The notes under the pieces were generated by a model. That model had not been told where the DNA came from, searched no databases, and worked only from the letters and a program-made list of their open reading frames with translations. DNA of 64,000 nucleotides. Source: Geopsychrobacteraceae bacterium (GTDB lineage: Bacteria; Desulfobacterota; Desulfuromonadia; Desulfuromonadales; Geopsychrobacteraceae). The translations under genes and the position numbers were made by a program. The DNA is taken from NCBI GenBank assembly GCA_963662315.1, contig OY759353.1:1152001-1216000 (forward strand). Reading direction: 5' to 3'. Below are positions 11,176-21,210 of the stretch, piece after piece; position 1 is the stretch's first letter, and every line of letters starts with the position of its first letter.

Positions 11176-13285
11176 CAACAACAGCATCTTTTACAACAAT
11201 CAGATGAGATCCGGCTGAAATATTCAAATCATAGTGCCCAACATTACTGATTCCGCTAAAACCGATCACAGCTTTTCCACTATAAATCTTAATATGGTCT
11301 GACACATGAGGCAAAGGAAGGGTCAAAATACTGCCCTTGGTTCTGGGTAAATATAATAATCCATCCCCCAACACAGGGTAGCGCGCCAAAGATGGCAATT
11401 CCATCTTCCCGACAACAAAAGGTTTGTGAGCATCCTCGATATTAACCAGATCAATTCCATCCGTATCATTCAAGATCAATGCAAGTGAATCTTGTAGCAA
11501 AATACCTTTACTTCCCCCAGACAGGCCCAACGATGAAACAATTTTGGAATTCACCGGATCACGAACATCCGCAATCATCAAACCGGAACGCCCATTTGCG
11601 ATATATGCAAATCCATTTTTCACCTGGACATCAATTGCCATGGCAAACTGGCTCATAGGGAAAGGTAACGTTAGGTGGCTTTTTAAGTTCAACTCACCTT
11701 GTTCTGACACGGAAAATATCAACAGTCCGTTCTCCTTTGTTGCCACAAAAAGGAAACCACGATCAAAGACCATAGCAAGTGCATGCAAGTCGGGCAAACG
11801 AGCAGTAACAACAGGTTCGGACAAATTATTAAAATCGATACATTCAATTCCGTAAATGCCCCTGGAACTAATAGCAAAATGCTGCCAGACAGCAAGATGT
11901 GAAGCGGTAATATGAGGCCATCGGGTTAGCTCAACCGGATCTGGCGCACTCGTATCAAAAATCTCAATACCATCCGACCCCTGAGTAACAAACAGAAGGT
12001 TTCCAGAAGAAGCGAATGAAGTCGATGGAGAGACCGAAAGAGATCGTAATTTTTGTTTTGGATCACTTTTCTCAATATAATAAGCGCCTTGAGTTCCCAA
12101 TGCGACATAGACATTACGCTTATCAAGAAAAAGATCATTAACCGGATAGGGAATTTCATACAGCTTAGCCACTTGAGCGGAAGTAAGGCTATGTCGGTTA
12201 AACACCCTTAACCCCTTGTTTCTTCCCGTAACAAAGAGATAATCACCGGCTTCTTCAAGAGTCGTAATCTTATCGGACAGAAAGTAATTAGATGTGCCCT
12301 CAAAGGAGTTCAAATTAAAACAGGAAATTGCAGAAAAGTTTTTAAATAAATAAAGCCCGGATTTTCCTGAAAAAAGTTTTTCAACTGTATTTATTAAGGG
12401 TTTCTCAAAAATAGGTTCAATATGACCATTATTATTGACACGAAATCCGGCAAGCCCTGCTCGCGAGGCCGTATAAAACCCTTCATGACTGAAAGAAGAA
12501 CTTATGGCCGACTCGGTGCGAACGACCCGATCTATTTCAGCAAGATGTCCTGCGCTGTCGATACTATAAGTAATGACGCTGCGCTGTCTTTTACTGAACA
12601 CGACCAGATAATCATCGATTATTCCAATATCCGAAATGAAATAACCCAACACAGACGGGGCCATCAGAGGATGGTAAACATTACGAATATCGAAACAGAC
12701 AAGCCCTTGTTGCCCCATGGCAACAAAAAGAAATCCATGGGAATAACAGAGTTTAACCACTGGATGGGAAAGTTTAAAGGAACTTAAAGTCTCGAGATGA
12801 TCTGCATCAATGATTTTAAAAAAAGTAAGACCGGTCTTGCCGCCCCCTGCTATCAGCACATCATCAACTATCAATAGAGCAGTAACAGCTTGATCCGTTA
12901 AATATTCCCCTAGCAACCGCGGTCGTTGCGGATTACTTACGTCAATGGCATACAAACCTCTGTCGTTGGTGGCAAGGTAAAGGACATCATTATGCAGCAC
13001 AGAATCATTGAAATATCCGGCGAGAGGAAGAGTTGCGATAACAGCCTGCTTGTTATCAACATTAGGCGTCAAAACAGCTTGGATATTTGTGGGAAATTTG
13101 CTCCCCTCTATGGTCATGGAAAATGAATCTTTGTGCGCAATCAAAACTTGGGAATTTGAAACGATTAGAGGCAGCGAACTGGTATCGCTCTGAGCAAAAC
13201 CGAAGTACCATAAAGCGAAAATCAGCGCACAGCCACCAAGAAAAGGAATCATTCTCAGTGAAGAATAGGAGACTTTAAACTTCAC
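11165..13285 (-). CDS. LVIVD-repeat beta-propeller protein, N-terminal membrane anchor or signal
   Basis: Repeated LYAIDVSNP, LVCFDIRNV, AYIANGRSGLMIADVRDP units; GTG start overlaps the kinase stop. Confidence 0.75.
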   Translation of the reverse strand: MKFKVSYSSLRMIPFLGGCALIFALWYFGFAQSDTSSLPLIVSNSQVLIAHKDSFSMTIEGSKFPTNIQAVLTPNVDNKQAVIATLPLAGYFNDSVLHNDVLYLATNDRGLYAIDVSNPQRPRLLGEYLTDQAVTALLIVDDVLIAGGGKTGLTFFKIIDADHLETLSSFKLSHPVVKLCYSHGFLFVAMGQQGLVCFDIRNVYHPLMAPSVLGYFISDIGIIDDYLVVFSKRQRSVITYSIDSAGHLAEIDRVVRTESAISSSFSHEGFYTASRAGLAGFRVNNNGHIEPIFEKPLINTVEKLFSGKSGLYLFKNFSAISCFNLNSFEGTSNYFLSDKITTLEEAGDYLFVTGRNKGLRVFNRHSLTSAQVAKLYEIPYPVNDLFLDKRNVYVALGTQGAYYIEKSDPKQKLRSLSVSPSTSFASSGNLLFVTQGSDGIEIFDTSAPDPVELTRWPHITASHLAVWQHFAISSRGIYGIECIDFNNLSEPVVTARLPDLHALAMVFDRGFLFVATKENGLLIFSVSEQGELNLKSHLTLPFPMSQFAMAIDVQVKNGFAYIANGRSGLMIADVRDPVNSKIVSSLGLSGGSKGILLQDSLALILNDTDGIDLVNIEDAHKPFVVGKMELPSLARYPVLGDGLLYLPRTKGSILTLPLPHVSDHIKIYSGKAVIGFSGISNVGHYDLNISAGSHLIVVKDAVVVKN

Positions 13286-15684
13286 CCTGAAACCTTCCGA
13301 TCAATATCAAAATAAGTTGACTCAACAAGATAACTTTCGAGCTTTTGTAGTTCAGCTGGGAGCAGCGGTTTATTCAACACCAGATCAAAACCGTGCTTAT
13401 TACCGAAGGAGAATGATTTTTTAGTAATGGCTACGTAAATATTATCCGAGCACTCGTCCCTGATATCTTTTAGAGAATGTAAATCCTGATGTTCAACATC
13501 AAAAAACAGAATCGCTTTGCAAGTATTAAGTGGAAGATTTGTCGCTTTGAAATATTGGTAATCAGAAGATGATGCAATATTTTTAATAACTTTTTGAATC
13601 CCAAGTCTCAACAGTTCTCTACTTGCAGCATTTTGACTGAAAATATATGCCTCTGGCAGTGACTCCTGTACGTGCGAGGGTGCCTTTTGCGATTCTGCGC
13701 TAGAGAGCATTTGCCCGGGAAGGTTTATTTCTTTGATAATAGACCGATAAAGGCTGTTCCAAGTAATCGGGTAGTGCAGCAAAACCTCGCCAGCAGGTAA
13801 ATCTACAAGTTGTGAACGATCAAGACAAAGCCAGAAGACATGCAAATCAGATAATTGTTTATTTTGTTGAATAAGAGCGTTTATAACGTCCTTGGCAGCA
13901 ATACTTATATCGACATAGCAATAGCGCAAGGCCGGAGAGCGCTTGTACGCTGAAGCTAAAAACACTAAAGCATCGGCCGGGTCTCTATAACAATTGATAG
14001 AGACGCCAAGCTGATGAAGATTCCTTAACAGCACACGACTGTTAAGATTGTTTGGAACACAAACGAAGGCCTCGATTTCCCGCTGATTCTGGGGCAGAGG
14101 AAAAGATTTTCGAGATAATATGGGCAGCGATAAAAAGACACGAAAAACGGTTCCACCTCGTGGCCTGGATTCTACAGAAATACGACCGCCCATAAGATTG
14201 ACCAACTGTTTAACGATGGCCAAACCAAGCCCTGCTCCTGCCTTCTCTCGTGTATCTGAACCATCGACCTGATAAAAAGCGTCAAAAACTGTGGCCTTTA
14301 CACTATCATCAATCCCCTCCCCTGAATCTTCAACCTCTATAACGAAGTCCCCAAGTTGTGAACTATGCCCGGCACATAGAAGCCTGACGATAACATGGCC
14401 TGTAGACGTAAATTTGATTGCGTTACCGATCAGATTCAAAAGAATTTGGCGAATTCTCATTTCATCTGCACGAACTGTCCAGGTTGCGGACAGTGGTATA
14501 TCCGCCACCAACTGCAATCCTTTGTCAAAAGCTTGAGGCGCTAGAAGTTCAACACAGGTTTCAACAATGTGGTAAATATCGACTTCGGCTGGGTTTAATG
14601 TCAGTTTGTTCGCTTCAATTTTAGAGAAATCAAGAACATCACTAATGAGTTGCAGTAATTCCTGCCCACTGTTGCCAACGGTCCTGACCAGTAGTCGCTG
14701 ATGAGAATCCAGTTTCGTTCTCAGCAATAGCTCATTCATGCCTAAAACACCAATCAAAGGCGTTCTTAATTCGTGCGTCATGCGCGACAAGAAGTCAGAT
14801 TTAGCCTGATTTGCTTCATCGGCCTGAACTTTAGCGGATTCGAGTTTTTCAATTGCACAGCTTAGTTCCCAGGTCCGCTCCCGAACAGCATTTTCAAGAA
14901 ATTGTTGATGCCGATCGAGTGTTTTCTGATGTTTCTCTACCTGGCCAAGCATCGTATTAAAACCATCCACCAGAATGCCGATTTCATCCTCTGTCTGTTT
15001 TTCGGCACGCAATGAATAGTCTTTATTCTGGGATATTTGCAGCATAAGCTGAGCGAGGTTCAGCAATGGAGCAGAGACTGGTTTCTGCATGATGCCAGCA
15101 AGATAAAAGGACAGGAAAACCAAGAAGACAAAAGCAAGAGAAAGGCCAATCAAGGCCCCGTGAAAACCACTATAGAAGGCACTTAAATCGCTTAATAAAT
15201 AAAGAGACCCAACCAGCTTTCCATCAAAATAAATAGGCGTAAAACTGCTGTAATAGCTCTGTGAAAAATTCATCGTCCCCTGCTGCTCAGCAAAGCGTGC
15301 AGGAGACCATTCATAAGAAGAGAAGTCAATTTTCAGAGCTGTCAAAGCGAGCTCATTACGGTTGGGCGCTAAATATTCAGCGACAGGGGTCCCGTTAGCA
15401 TCAAAAAGGTAGCAGGCATGAATATTATTCAGACGGGATAAGGCTTGCAGTAGCTGTTCAATTTGGACAAACTGCTCTAGAATCAGAAATTGACGGACCT
15501 GTTCACTGAGTGAAGTGGCCAGGATGGTATTTTCATTTTTAATAGCAGCCTGCTTGGCATATAACTCAGAAGCCAGAAATACTCCGCCAACTACAACGAG
15601 CAAGATGGCACAAATCCCGGTAATCAGTATTGACAGCTTGCTCCTGATTGAGGATCGATTGTACAAGTTCAAACACCCCTCCAC
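13282..15684 (-). CDS. Membrane hybrid sensor histidine kinase (periplasmic sensor, HAMP, HisKA, HATPase, degenerate receiver-like domains)
   Basis: Two TMs, HAMP DEIGILVDGFN, H-box THELRTPL, N-box NLIGNAIKFT, G-boxes DSGEGI and GAGLGL. Confidence 0.9.
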   Translation of the reverse strand: MEGCLNLYNRSSIRSKLSILITGICAILLVVVGGVFLASELYAKQAAIKNENTILATSLSEQVRQFLILEQFVQIEQLLQALSRLNNIHACYLFDANGTPVAEYLAPNRNELALTALKIDFSSYEWSPARFAEQQGTMNFSQSYYSSFTPIYFDGKLVGSLYLLSDLSAFYSGFHGALIGLSLAFVFLVFLSFYLAGIMQKPVSAPLLNLAQLMLQISQNKDYSLRAEKQTEDEIGILVDGFNTMLGQVEKHQKTLDRHQQFLENAVRERTWELSCAIEKLESAKVQADEANQAKSDFLSRMTHELRTPLIGVLGMNELLLRTKLDSHQRLLVRTVGNSGQELLQLISDVLDFSKIEANKLTLNPAEVDIYHIVETCVELLAPQAFDKGLQLVADIPLSATWTVRADEMRIRQILLNLIGNAIKFTSTGHVIVRLLCAGHSSQLGDFVIEVEDSGEGIDDSVKATVFDAFYQVDGSDTREKAGAGLGLAIVKQLVNLMGGRISVESRPRGGTVFRVFLSLPILSRKSFPLPQNQREIEAFVCVPNNLNSRVLLRNLHQLGVSINCYRDPADALVFLASAYKRSPALRYCYVDISIAAKDVINALIQQNKQLSDLHVFWLCLDRSQLVDLPAGEVLLHYPITWNSLYRSIIKEINLPGQMLSSAESQKAPSHVQESLPEAYIFSQNAASRELLRLGIQKVIKNIASSSDYQYFKATNLPLNTCKAILFFDVEHQDLHSLKDIRDECSDNIYVAITKKSFSFGNKHGFDLVLNKPLLPAELQKLESYLVESTYFDIDRKVSG

Positions 15685-15875
15685 AATACGTTCAATTCAT
15701 ACAGACTACAAAACCAGAGTAAATTTGACCAAGCGCAAAAACCGATTTTGAAAAGAAAACAGATATTATTCCAGATCCATGCATTCATGACTTAAGCACT
15801 TACAATTACACCCCTACTCAAAAAATACAACGTGCACAAATCGAAAAATGTTGAAATACTAGCATCTTATTCATA

Positions 15876-17573
15876 CCTGAATCCGTGAGGTAGCCAGTCG
15901 GCACTTTCACGCTTTGCCTGCGAACCCATTTTCGCAGTCAATTTTGATTCAAAGCTGACCTGATCTACTCCGATGAGCACAGGTAGCTACGTTCTTTGAC
16001 AATTCAGCTGATTATTTTTTCGTTCGTCTTGCTCCTTTGTAAATTGAGGACGTGCGTGACTGTGCACGTCCTTGGCCGCGGTATTTTTCAGCACTGTACT
16101 GATGCGTTTCGACATTAGTCATAGGCAAAATGCTCATAGGTCTTGATGAAAGCCTGTGCCTGCCTGATCGCATGGCAACTGAATCGCAGCATCAAGCCAT
16201 GGGCGTGACGAAGAAATCGGGCAGCGAAGTACATCAAATCCTGCAGTACGGTTTTGAGGCGCCGACGCTGTTTGGCTCGACGGGCCTGTTTTTTGTCCAT
16301 CAGACCGACCTGGCCGATGGCCCGCAACAGATTGTACGCCAGCCCGGCACAGCTCATCACCAGAGCGTTGGTCGCAAGCTTGCCCGATGGCAGCCGCTCC
16401 AGATCCAGGTCGGTCTTGAGTTCGGAATGATACTGCTCGCACAGGGCATGCCCCTTGTAGAGTTCGATGATCGTCTCCTTGTTGCTGGAGAGACTGGTCC
16501 ACCAGCCTTCAATCTCGATATCGGGAACCAGAAGTGGACCGTTTCGATCAAACCAGCGCTCAGAGGCACGCAGAACACGACGTACCTTGATGGTTTTGTC
16601 TTTGCCCTCGCCATCGTTGTAGGTCCGTTCAACCGTTTCCGTCATGATGGCGATCCGTTCGTCCTTGGTGTCTTTCACCAGCTTGCCGTGGGCAAAGATT
16701 TCCGTGGCTTTGATCGGAACATCGGTGTTGCGCGGATTCCATTTGATGATGAAGTCGGCCTTCTGCTCTTTCAGGGCGATCAATGTCGCCAGGGCATCAT
16801 GGGCGCTGTCCAGTCGCACCAGCAGTGGGGCGTCGGTTAGCTGATGGGCTTTGTGCAAGGCCCGTAACAGCAGAGGGATAAATCCTTCCTGAGCATGCTG
16901 GGAACCGGGACGCTGTTCGATCTCCAAACACCAGCCTTCCAGTCCCAGCCAGACACCAAGAGGGGCGTAACCGTTAAAGCCTCGATACGTGTAGGAGACA
17001 CCCTCTTTCTTGGTGTCCGAGTTGTCGAGAGTGAAAACATCCAGATCAAGAGGCATATGCCCAGTGGACAATGGCGAGAGTTGTGCCTTGGCTTTCTTGA
17101 GAAACTCCACCGAACAGAAGTCGACGATGATCCGCAAGACCTCGGCGAACTGATCGAGACGCTGCCGCAATGTTTCCTGTGAGGGCGTTTTGGTTAGCCC
17201 CAACGAGGTCCGAAAAAACTCATCGTCCTCAAAAAAAGGATGGATAGCGGCAAAATCGCTTTTACCCTGACAGAGCAGACCCAGATAGCTGCGCAGGACA
17301 TCGGACGTGGCGATTCCCCGTTTGGGAGCCGCTTTATCGACCCGCGAAGCCAGCGAGGTATAGCGATTCAATGCCACACCGACCAGAGCCAGGCCAGACT
17401 GAGAGGTGTAAAATTCCTGCTTTGACTGCTCAAGCTTGAACCGGGGAAATGTCACAACCAAAACTCCTTGGGTGAAATTCGATGCGATTCAAGAATAGCA
17501 GAAAAGCACTGTAAAATCAGCTGATTGTCAAAGATCGAAAACAGTTTTAAGTTTGTTAACTCACGGATTCAGG
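15876..17573 (-). mobile_element. IS1380-family insertion sequence (1698 bp)
   Basis: Perfect 14-bp terminal inverted repeats CCTGAATCCGTGAG (15876-15889 and 17560-17573); direct repeat TCATA at 15871-15875 and 17574-17578. Confidence 0.93.
16115..17461 (-). CDS. tnp: IS1380-family DDE transposase
   Basis: PSQETLRQR, LDLD, GYAPL, VRLDSA and YxxHxxxEQYHSELKTD (YREK-like) motifs; start may be a few codons shorter. Confidence 0.92.
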   Translation of the reverse strand: MVVTFPRFKLEQSKQEFYTSQSGLALVGVALNRYTSLASRVDKAAPKRGIATSDVLRSYLGLLCQGKSDFAAIHPFFEDDEFFRTSLGLTKTPSQETLRQRLDQFAEVLRIIVDFCSVEFLKKAKAQLSPLSTGHMPLDLDVFTLDNSDTKKEGVSYTYRGFNGYAPLGVWLGLEGWCLEIEQRPGSQHAQEGFIPLLLRALHKAHQLTDAPLLVRLDSAHDALATLIALKEQKADFIIKWNPRNTDVPIKATEIFAHGKLVKDTKDERIAIMTETVERTYNDGEGKDKTIKVRRVLRASERWFDRNGPLLVPDIEIEGWWTSLSSNKETIIELYKGHALCEQYHSELKTDLDLERLPSGKLATNALVMSCAGLAYNLLRAIGQVGLMDKKQARRAKQRRRLKTVLQDLMYFAARFLRHAHGLMLRFSCHAIRQAQAFIKTYEHFAYD

Positions 17574-17852
17574 TCATAGCCAACGGGAGCCCAAAGCTAC
17601 CGCTTGCAATAAATCCCATAAAATTGACAGAGAAGGTAATAATATTAGCAAACCATGCCCAGTTTAAAGCAAAAAGTTCCCATCTTGCCACAATGCACAG
17701 AACTGAAGAGATATCAGCAACCACCATCTACCTTTGGCGGGTCAGGAACCGAAGACATTGCTTTCGAAAAGAGCAATTCCTTTGATTGCACAATTTTTAA
17801 TAGTGCACTAAAGTATCTGACCACATTTGAAAGCGATATGGAGAAGATTGAT

Positions 17853-19529
17853 ATGCCCAAAATTAGCCTGCCAAAAGAACGCAAGGTCGGTCACCTTACT
17901 GTGTTGCGCCAGCAGCGAAACATTTCCTATGCCGAGTTTGCAAACTTGACGCAGTCAGAACAATTGGAAATTATCCACAATGCTGAAGGTAAACAGAAAT
18001 ACGACCTGCTGTTAAATTCTCAAAATGCCGAGCAGCTCGTCCCGCAACTACATAGTCAGGAACTTTATCTTACAGTTAACGAACTTGGTGCTGCCGACTC
18101 TGTCGAACTGTTAGCCCTTGCCAGCCCAGAACAGATCACCTTACTTCTCGACCTGGACTGTTGGGACGGAGATACATTAAGCGACGTCCTGTCGTTACGC
18201 TGGTTAGAATTAATCGCAGAAACAGGAGACGATAAACTCTGTCAACTGGCGCGCGAAATAGAACCGGAAATTTTTGCCCTGTTTTTAAAAAAGCACCTGA
18301 CAATTATCCGCGGGCTGGAAGCTTATGACGATGACGATGCAGAGAATTCACGACGGCTTGAATCTCTTTATGACATTCATTACCACAGTGAAGACGCTGC
18401 AAAAGTAATCGGCCAGCTATTATCTTTATGGCAGGAACGTGAACAGGAGACCTACCTGCTGATCATGGAAATGATTCGCAGTGAAAATATTTCCGTTCTA
18501 CAAGAAGAAACCTTCGTAGCCCGTAATAATCGGCTTCTGGACCTGGGCCTCATTCCAACTCACGAAGCACACAGTATCTATTCATACTTAGAGCCGGACT
18601 CTTTTATTACTGGCGACAAAAAAGACTACCACATTGAAGCAGAAGACCAGCCAAGCCCATTTGCTCTGTTGAACAGGGCTCAGCCCGGACATTTGCTTGG
18701 CGAAGTATTTGCGGCAGGAATCTCTCACGAAACCGCCTGTGAACTGCTACACCTGGTTAACCGCAAACTGAGTGCCGACCAAACGGATCTCGCCGACAGC
18801 AAGGAAATCAGCCTCAGCCTGCAAAATATTTACGATACGCTCAACCTCGCGCTTGAGTTCCTGTCCGGAACTGACCTTACCAAAAGCGTTGAAATCACCC
18901 AAACGACCTATCTGCTACGTCTGTATCAACTGGGCCATAGCCTCATTGAACAGAGGCAGCGTAAAGCCCGCCAATTCGCAGCAAGTCTGCTTTACCACTA
19001 CGCTGATTTTCCGGAACTTCTGTTCACTGACTCGCTTCTTGAGAAGCCGGCTCTTTTTTACCGTCCTCCACTAGGGGAACATCCAAGCCAACTGCAAGCA
19101 GTTAGCTCCCTGCAGATATTAACATTTATCGATAAACGCCTGGCTCAGCTTGAGGCATTAACAGACCTCTTTTTAAAACGTCTGCCTTTCCAGCTGGCTC
19201 CCGTTTCTGATGACAATGCTGAACTCCCAACCCTGGCAGGGATCTTCATGACGGCGATCGCCAACCATCTTCTGGGAAAAGAATTCCTGCCGCCCCCCTT
19301 GTCCGCCATGGAAATCATTCAGTTGAAGACAGTCACCATGGAAAATGAACAGAATTTTGAAATTTTTGCTCAGCAGAGCCAGAATCTGATGAATTCTTAC
19401 TGCCAGAGCTGTGACTTCTTTATCGCTTTCTGTCTTGAGATGTGGGAAGACTTTTTTTCAGGCGTTGATGAGACAACTCCTGTAGAACAAAGTGAGTGTT
19501 TTCTGCTTCTTCGCCACCCCCTTTCCTGA
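17853..19529 (+). CDS. Conserved deltaproteobacterial protein, DUF6178-like
   Basis: LLALASPEQITLLLDLDCWDGD motif; start moved to ATG 17853 after GGAG RBS (ORF track starts 17655). Confidence 0.7.
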   Translation: MPKISLPKERKVGHLTVLRQQRNISYAEFANLTQSEQLEIIHNAEGKQKYDLLLNSQNAEQLVPQLHSQELYLTVNELGAADSVELLALASPEQITLLLDLDCWDGDTLSDVLSLRWLELIAETGDDKLCQLAREIEPEIFALFLKKHLTIIRGLEAYDDDDAENSRRLESLYDIHYHSEDAAKVIGQLLSLWQEREQETYLLIMEMIRSENISVLQEETFVARNNRLLDLGLIPTHEAHSIYSYLEPDSFITGDKKDYHIEAEDQPSPFALLNRAQPGHLLGEVFAAGISHETACELLHLVNRKLSADQTDLADSKEISLSLQNIYDTLNLALEFLSGTDLTKSVEITQTTYLLRLYQLGHSLIEQRQRKARQFAASLLYHYADFPELLFTDSLLEKPALFYRPPLGEHPSQLQAVSSLQILTFIDKRLAQLEALTDLFLKRLPFQLAPVSDDNAELPTLAGIFMTAIANHLLGKEFLPPPLSAMEIIQLKTVTMENEQNFEIFAQQSQNLMNSYCQSCDFFIAFCLEMWEDFFSGVDETTPVEQSECFLLLRHPLS

Positions 19530-19566
19530 GCCGGCACTTTTCCCCTTTAAGTCAGAACGAATAACA

Positions 19567-19598
19567 GCTTACACGGCCATATCCATGGACGTGTAAGC
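19567..19598 (+). terminator. Stem-loop after DUF6178 gene
   Basis: GCTTACACG...CGTGTAAGC inverted repeat, weak U tail. Confidence 0.45.
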
Positions 19599-19793
19599 AA
19601 TTTATATACATAAATAACAACACCCGATTATTAACAACACTTGCAATTATTACAATTCCGATTCGCCATTAAAACCCTGCTATATTATTTTCCCATAATC
19701 AGTTGAATTCCGATGTTTGTTGCGACTATTCTAATGAGAATTCCGGAACCGAAAGATGTCAATGTTTTATAATAAAGGCTATGGAGAGAAAAC

Positions 19794-21074
19794 ATGTTAA
19801 AGAGAATATTGTGGATAGTGATATTGTGCCTTGCTTTCAGCCTTCCAGCCAGTGCAAAAGTTCAAGAAAAGGCATTCACTATTACGCCGATGATCGGAGG
19901 ACATTCTTTTGAAGGAAACCTCAATCTTGATGATTCCCTCTTGTGGGGAATTGCGCTTGGTTACAACTTGACCGATCAATGGGCCCTTGAGGGTGTTTTT
20001 ACGCAAACCAACGCTGATGGCGAACATGGAGCCTCTGACGCAGATATTCTAACCTATCGGATTGATGCCCTCTATCATCTCTGGTCAGGCAAAGCCCTGG
20101 TTCCATACCTCGCTGCTGGCATCGGCGCTATCAGTACTGACTATAACCATGGTGATGACCACGACCATCTGTTGCTGAACTATGGAGCAGGTATCAAATA
20201 CTTCATTCTGGATGATCTGATTGCCCTGCGCGGCGATGTTCGTCATCTGCTTGATTTCCCAGAACCGGACAATAGCCTGCAATACTCTATCGGACTGACT
20301 TTTCAGCTTGGCAAACCCACTCCGGCACCAGCACCAGTTGAGGAAAAAGCTCCTGAGCCAGCGGCAACTCCGCTTGACAGTGATGGCGACGGTATCATTG
20401 ATGAGCAAGATAACTGCCCAGCAACCCCTGCCGGGATCGCTGTTGACAGTAACGGTTGCCCTCTTGATACGGATGGCGATGGCGTTTACGACTATCAGGA
20501 CAAATGTACGGGCACTCCAGCCGGGGTGGCTGTTGACAGCAACGGTTGCCCTTTTGATACGGACGGCGACGGCATTTACGATTATCGAGACAAATGCCCG
20601 GACACTCAGGCCGGGGTGGCTGTTAATAGTAACGGTTGTCCCATTGATACGGATGGCGACACTGTTTACGATTATCTGGACAAATGCCCTGGCACTCCGT
20701 CAGGAGTGCCGGTCGATGCCCAAGGATGTCCAGCAGCGCTGATTCTACATATCAACTTTGGCCATGACAGTAGTAGTATCAGTTCTGCGTATGATCATGA
20801 AATAGCCAAAGCGGCTCAGTGCATCAACGCTTATCCTGGTGAACTCGTCTACATTGATGGACACACCGACAGTGACGGCAAAACAATCTACAACCAGACA
20901 TTATCTGTCAAGCGTGCCACCGCAGTGAAAAACAGACTGGTTGAGCTTTTCAATATTCCGGCCGAGCGCATGGAAGCTCGCGGCTTTGGTGAGGACAAAC
21001 CGGTCGCATCCAATGATACCGCTACCGGCAAAGCACAAAACCGCCGCGTTGAAGTTGCTTGCGGAGCACAATAG
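19794..21074 (+). CDS. OmpA-family protein: beta-barrel, Pro-rich linker, thrombospondin type-3 repeats, OmpA C-terminal domain
   Basis: Signal peptide; PTPAPAP linker; DxDGDGxxDxxDxCP repeats; GHTDSDG, NQTLSVKRA, NRRVE. Confidence 0.93.
   Translation: MLKRILWIVILCLAFSLPASAKVQEKAFTITPMIGGHSFEGNLNLDDSLLWGIALGYNLTDQWALEGVFTQTNADGEHGASDADILTYRIDALYHLWSGKALVPYLAAGIGAISTDYNHGDDHDHLLLNYGAGIKYFILDDLIALRGDVRHLLDFPEPDNSLQYSIGLTFQLGKPTPAPAPVEEKAPEPAATPLDSDGDGIIDEQDNCPATPAGIAVDSNGCPLDTDGDGVYDYQDKCTGTPAGVAVDSNGCPFDTDGDGIYDYRDKCPDTQAGVAVNSNGCPIDTDGDTVYDYLDKCPGTPSGVPVDAQGCPAALILHINFGHDSSSISSAYDHEIAKAAQCINAYPGELVYIDGHTDSDGKTIYNQTLSVKRATAVKNRLVELFNIPAERMEARGFGEDKPVASNDTATGKAQNRRVEVACGAQ
20376..20732 (+). 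repeat. Four tandem 90-bp coding repeats (TSP3 calcium-binding units)
   Basis: Units start at 20376, 20466, 20556 and 20646. Confidence 0.9.
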
Positions 21075-21098
21075 ACACACCTCAAATCAACATTAATG

Positions 21099-21132
21099 AA
21101 AAAAGGGTTGCCTAGAAGGGCAACCCTTTTTT
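21099..21132. terminator. Bidirectional intrinsic terminator
   Basis: AAAAAAGGGTTGCC-tagaag-GGCAACCCTTTTTT between convergent genes. Confidence 0.88.
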
Positions 21133-21210
21133 ACGACCTTCAAGCCGTGCCAAAACCATCTTGCTTAATAAGCAGACCTGAATAAATCGCATTGCAGCAT
21201 CATTAAATTA

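Noticed and set aside
16130..16840. 236-aa antisense ORF inside the IS
   Set aside because: Shadow of the GC-rich transposase, no motifs
20376..20732. Regularly spaced repeats that could suggest a CRISPR array
   Set aside because: In-frame 90-bp coding units (TSP3 motifs) with no unique spacers and no cas genes
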